Sequence record: SRR20825006_1360
Strand: one strand, 5' to 3'
Length of the DNA: 38,220 nt
In this document: positions 37,123 to 38,220 of the stretch, one piece after another
How positions within the stretch are numbered: the stretch's first letter is position 1
How the letters are laid out: the number at the start of each line of letters is the position of its first letter
Notes under the pieces: model-generated
The model's input: only the letters and a program-made list of their open reading frames with translations
Told to the model about the DNA's origin: nothing
Databases searched by the model: none
Position numbers and translations under genes: made by a program

Positions 37123-37425
37123 CGGTTGAGACCGCGCGTGCTCGGCTGTACATTCCGTCCTTACGCGGTGGGCCGGTCGGACAACCAACCTTCTCTTCCG
37201 AGAGAGCAGTCCGGATGTGGTTCAGGCCCCAGACAGTACAAATATTTTGAGCTGGGATCACGCCACCGTTTTTGAGAATAACAGATCGGGACCGCAAGTG
37301 CCCTGACTGGCGCGTTGCCTCTTTTTGGGCAGCTGCATAACCGTCAGTGATGCAGGAATTGTGTCATGCATATGTGGAACCGGCATCGGGACGACAATTG
37401 TTCAGAGTAAGGGGGTTTTTGCCCG

Positions 37426-38220
37426 ATGTCACAGAGGGAGCATAATACCATGGGGGCTACCGGGGGGGTTGCATCCACGCTGAACGAGAAGTTCGACGCG
37501 TCGCCTTGGCCGCGCGTGTGTGAAAAATTCAGACAAGAGTTTGGTCAACACGCTTTCTCCAGATGGCTCGGCCAACTGGGTTATAACGGCATCGACGGTG
37601 GCACCGCCGAACTTACTGCACCAACAAAATTTGTGCGCGACTGGATTCAGAGCCACTACGCGCCGCGGCTCAAAGATTTCTTCTCCGCTGAAGACCCGCA
37701 GGTCAAAGCGCTGAGTATTCGCCTCTGCACGAGCGCGGCAGCAAGCCCAAATGGCAACAAGGCTTCAGCTGGCGAAAACGCCTCCATCGCACATAGCCCT
37801 GCAACTGTTGGCAGTCGCGCAGACGAGAGCTCTGCGCTTGACCCCAAATATACCTTCGACAGTTTTGTTGTTGGTAAATCCAACGAGCTTGCTTACGCCG
37901 CAGCGAAACGCATCTCGGAATCGGATGATGTTGCCTTCAACCCACTGTTCCTTCATGGCGGCGTCGGCCTTGGCAAAACGCATCTGATGCATGCCATCGC
38001 ATGGGAGACAAAACGCAACAACCCGAACAAGCGCATTGTCTATATCTCTGCTGAAAAATTCATGTTCGAGTTCATTGCGGCGCTTCGGTTTAAAGACACG
38101 CATGCCTTCAAGCAGAAATTCCGGGCCGTAGATCTTTTGATGGTCGATGACGTTCAGTTTATTGCCAACAAAGAAAGCACCCAGGAAGAGTTCTTCCATA
38201 CCTTCAACGCGCTGGTGGAC
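37426..38220 (+). CDS. dnaA: Chromosomal replication initiator DnaA (partial, runs off the right edge; absent from the ORF track)
   Basis: Manual translation from ATG 37426 (ATG 37450 after AGGGAG is an alternative) is open to the window end: WPRVCEKFRQEFG...APTKFVRDWIQSHY (domain I), LDPKYTFDSFVVGKSN, NPLFLHGGVGLGKTHL (Walker A), LLMVDDVQF (Walker B), QEEFFHTFN. Confidence 0.97.
   Translation, partial: MSQREHNTMGATGGVASTLNEKFDASPWPRVCEKFRQEFGQHAFSRWLGQLGYNGIDGGTAELTAPTKFVRDWIQSHYAPRLKDFFSAEDPQVKALSIRLCTSAAASPNGNKASAGENASIAHSPATVGSRADESSALDPKYTFDSFVVGKSNELAYAAAKRISESDDVAFNPLFLHGGVGLGKTHLMHAIAWETKRNNPNKRIVYISAEKFMFEFIAALRFKDTHAFKQKFRAVDLLMVDDVQFIANKESTQEEFFHTFNALVD

Noticed and set aside
36917-37425. 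oriC in the rpsT-dnaA gap
   Set aside because: No good TTATCCACA-type boxes (only weak TGTGG cores) and no clear AT-rich unwinding repeats; alphaproteobacterial origins usually lie away from dnaA.

Overview
A gene-dense bacterial chromosomal segment that looks alphaproteobacterial. That assignment is an inference from the mutM/ubiE-ubiB-coaBC-dut, enoyl-CoA hydratase-rpsT-dnaA and cycM/pheA gene orders and from GANTC clustering at dnaA. Left to right it holds: two exported proteins (one cut by the window edge); a reduced aminobenzoyl/salicylyl-CoA monooxygenase cluster (thioesterase, RidA, AbmA-like) with CGTC-type REP doublets; a UDP-glucuronate 4-epimerase; an RND pump pair; an alkyltransferase-like protein; an acyl-CoA synthetase; sdaA; a RamB/ScfR regulator divergent from aceB-aceA; two exported amidohydrolase-fold enzymes; a ferredoxin; an M17 peptidase-MarR-NlpC/P60 run; cycM; pheA; an uncharacterised two-gene module; DsrE-like, moeB and zinc-ribbon genes; dut, coaBC, DoxX, ubiB, ubiE, mutM, enoyl-CoA hydratase and rpsT; and the 5' part of dnaA, which the ORF track misses because it runs off the window. 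No rRNA, tRNA, CRISPR array, transposase or phage gene was seen. The best leads are: (i) a 78-bp, exactly 26-codon hairpin-forming palindromic segment in frame in the linker of the monooxygenase gene; (ii) a translationally coupled 79-aa RHH-like plus 131-aa His-motif gene pair whose sigma70-like promoter is overlaid by an inverted-repeat operator; (iii) a roughly 300-nt structured dnaA leader with clustered GANTC sites and a NrdR-like box. All family calls come from motif recognition by eye; no database searches were run.
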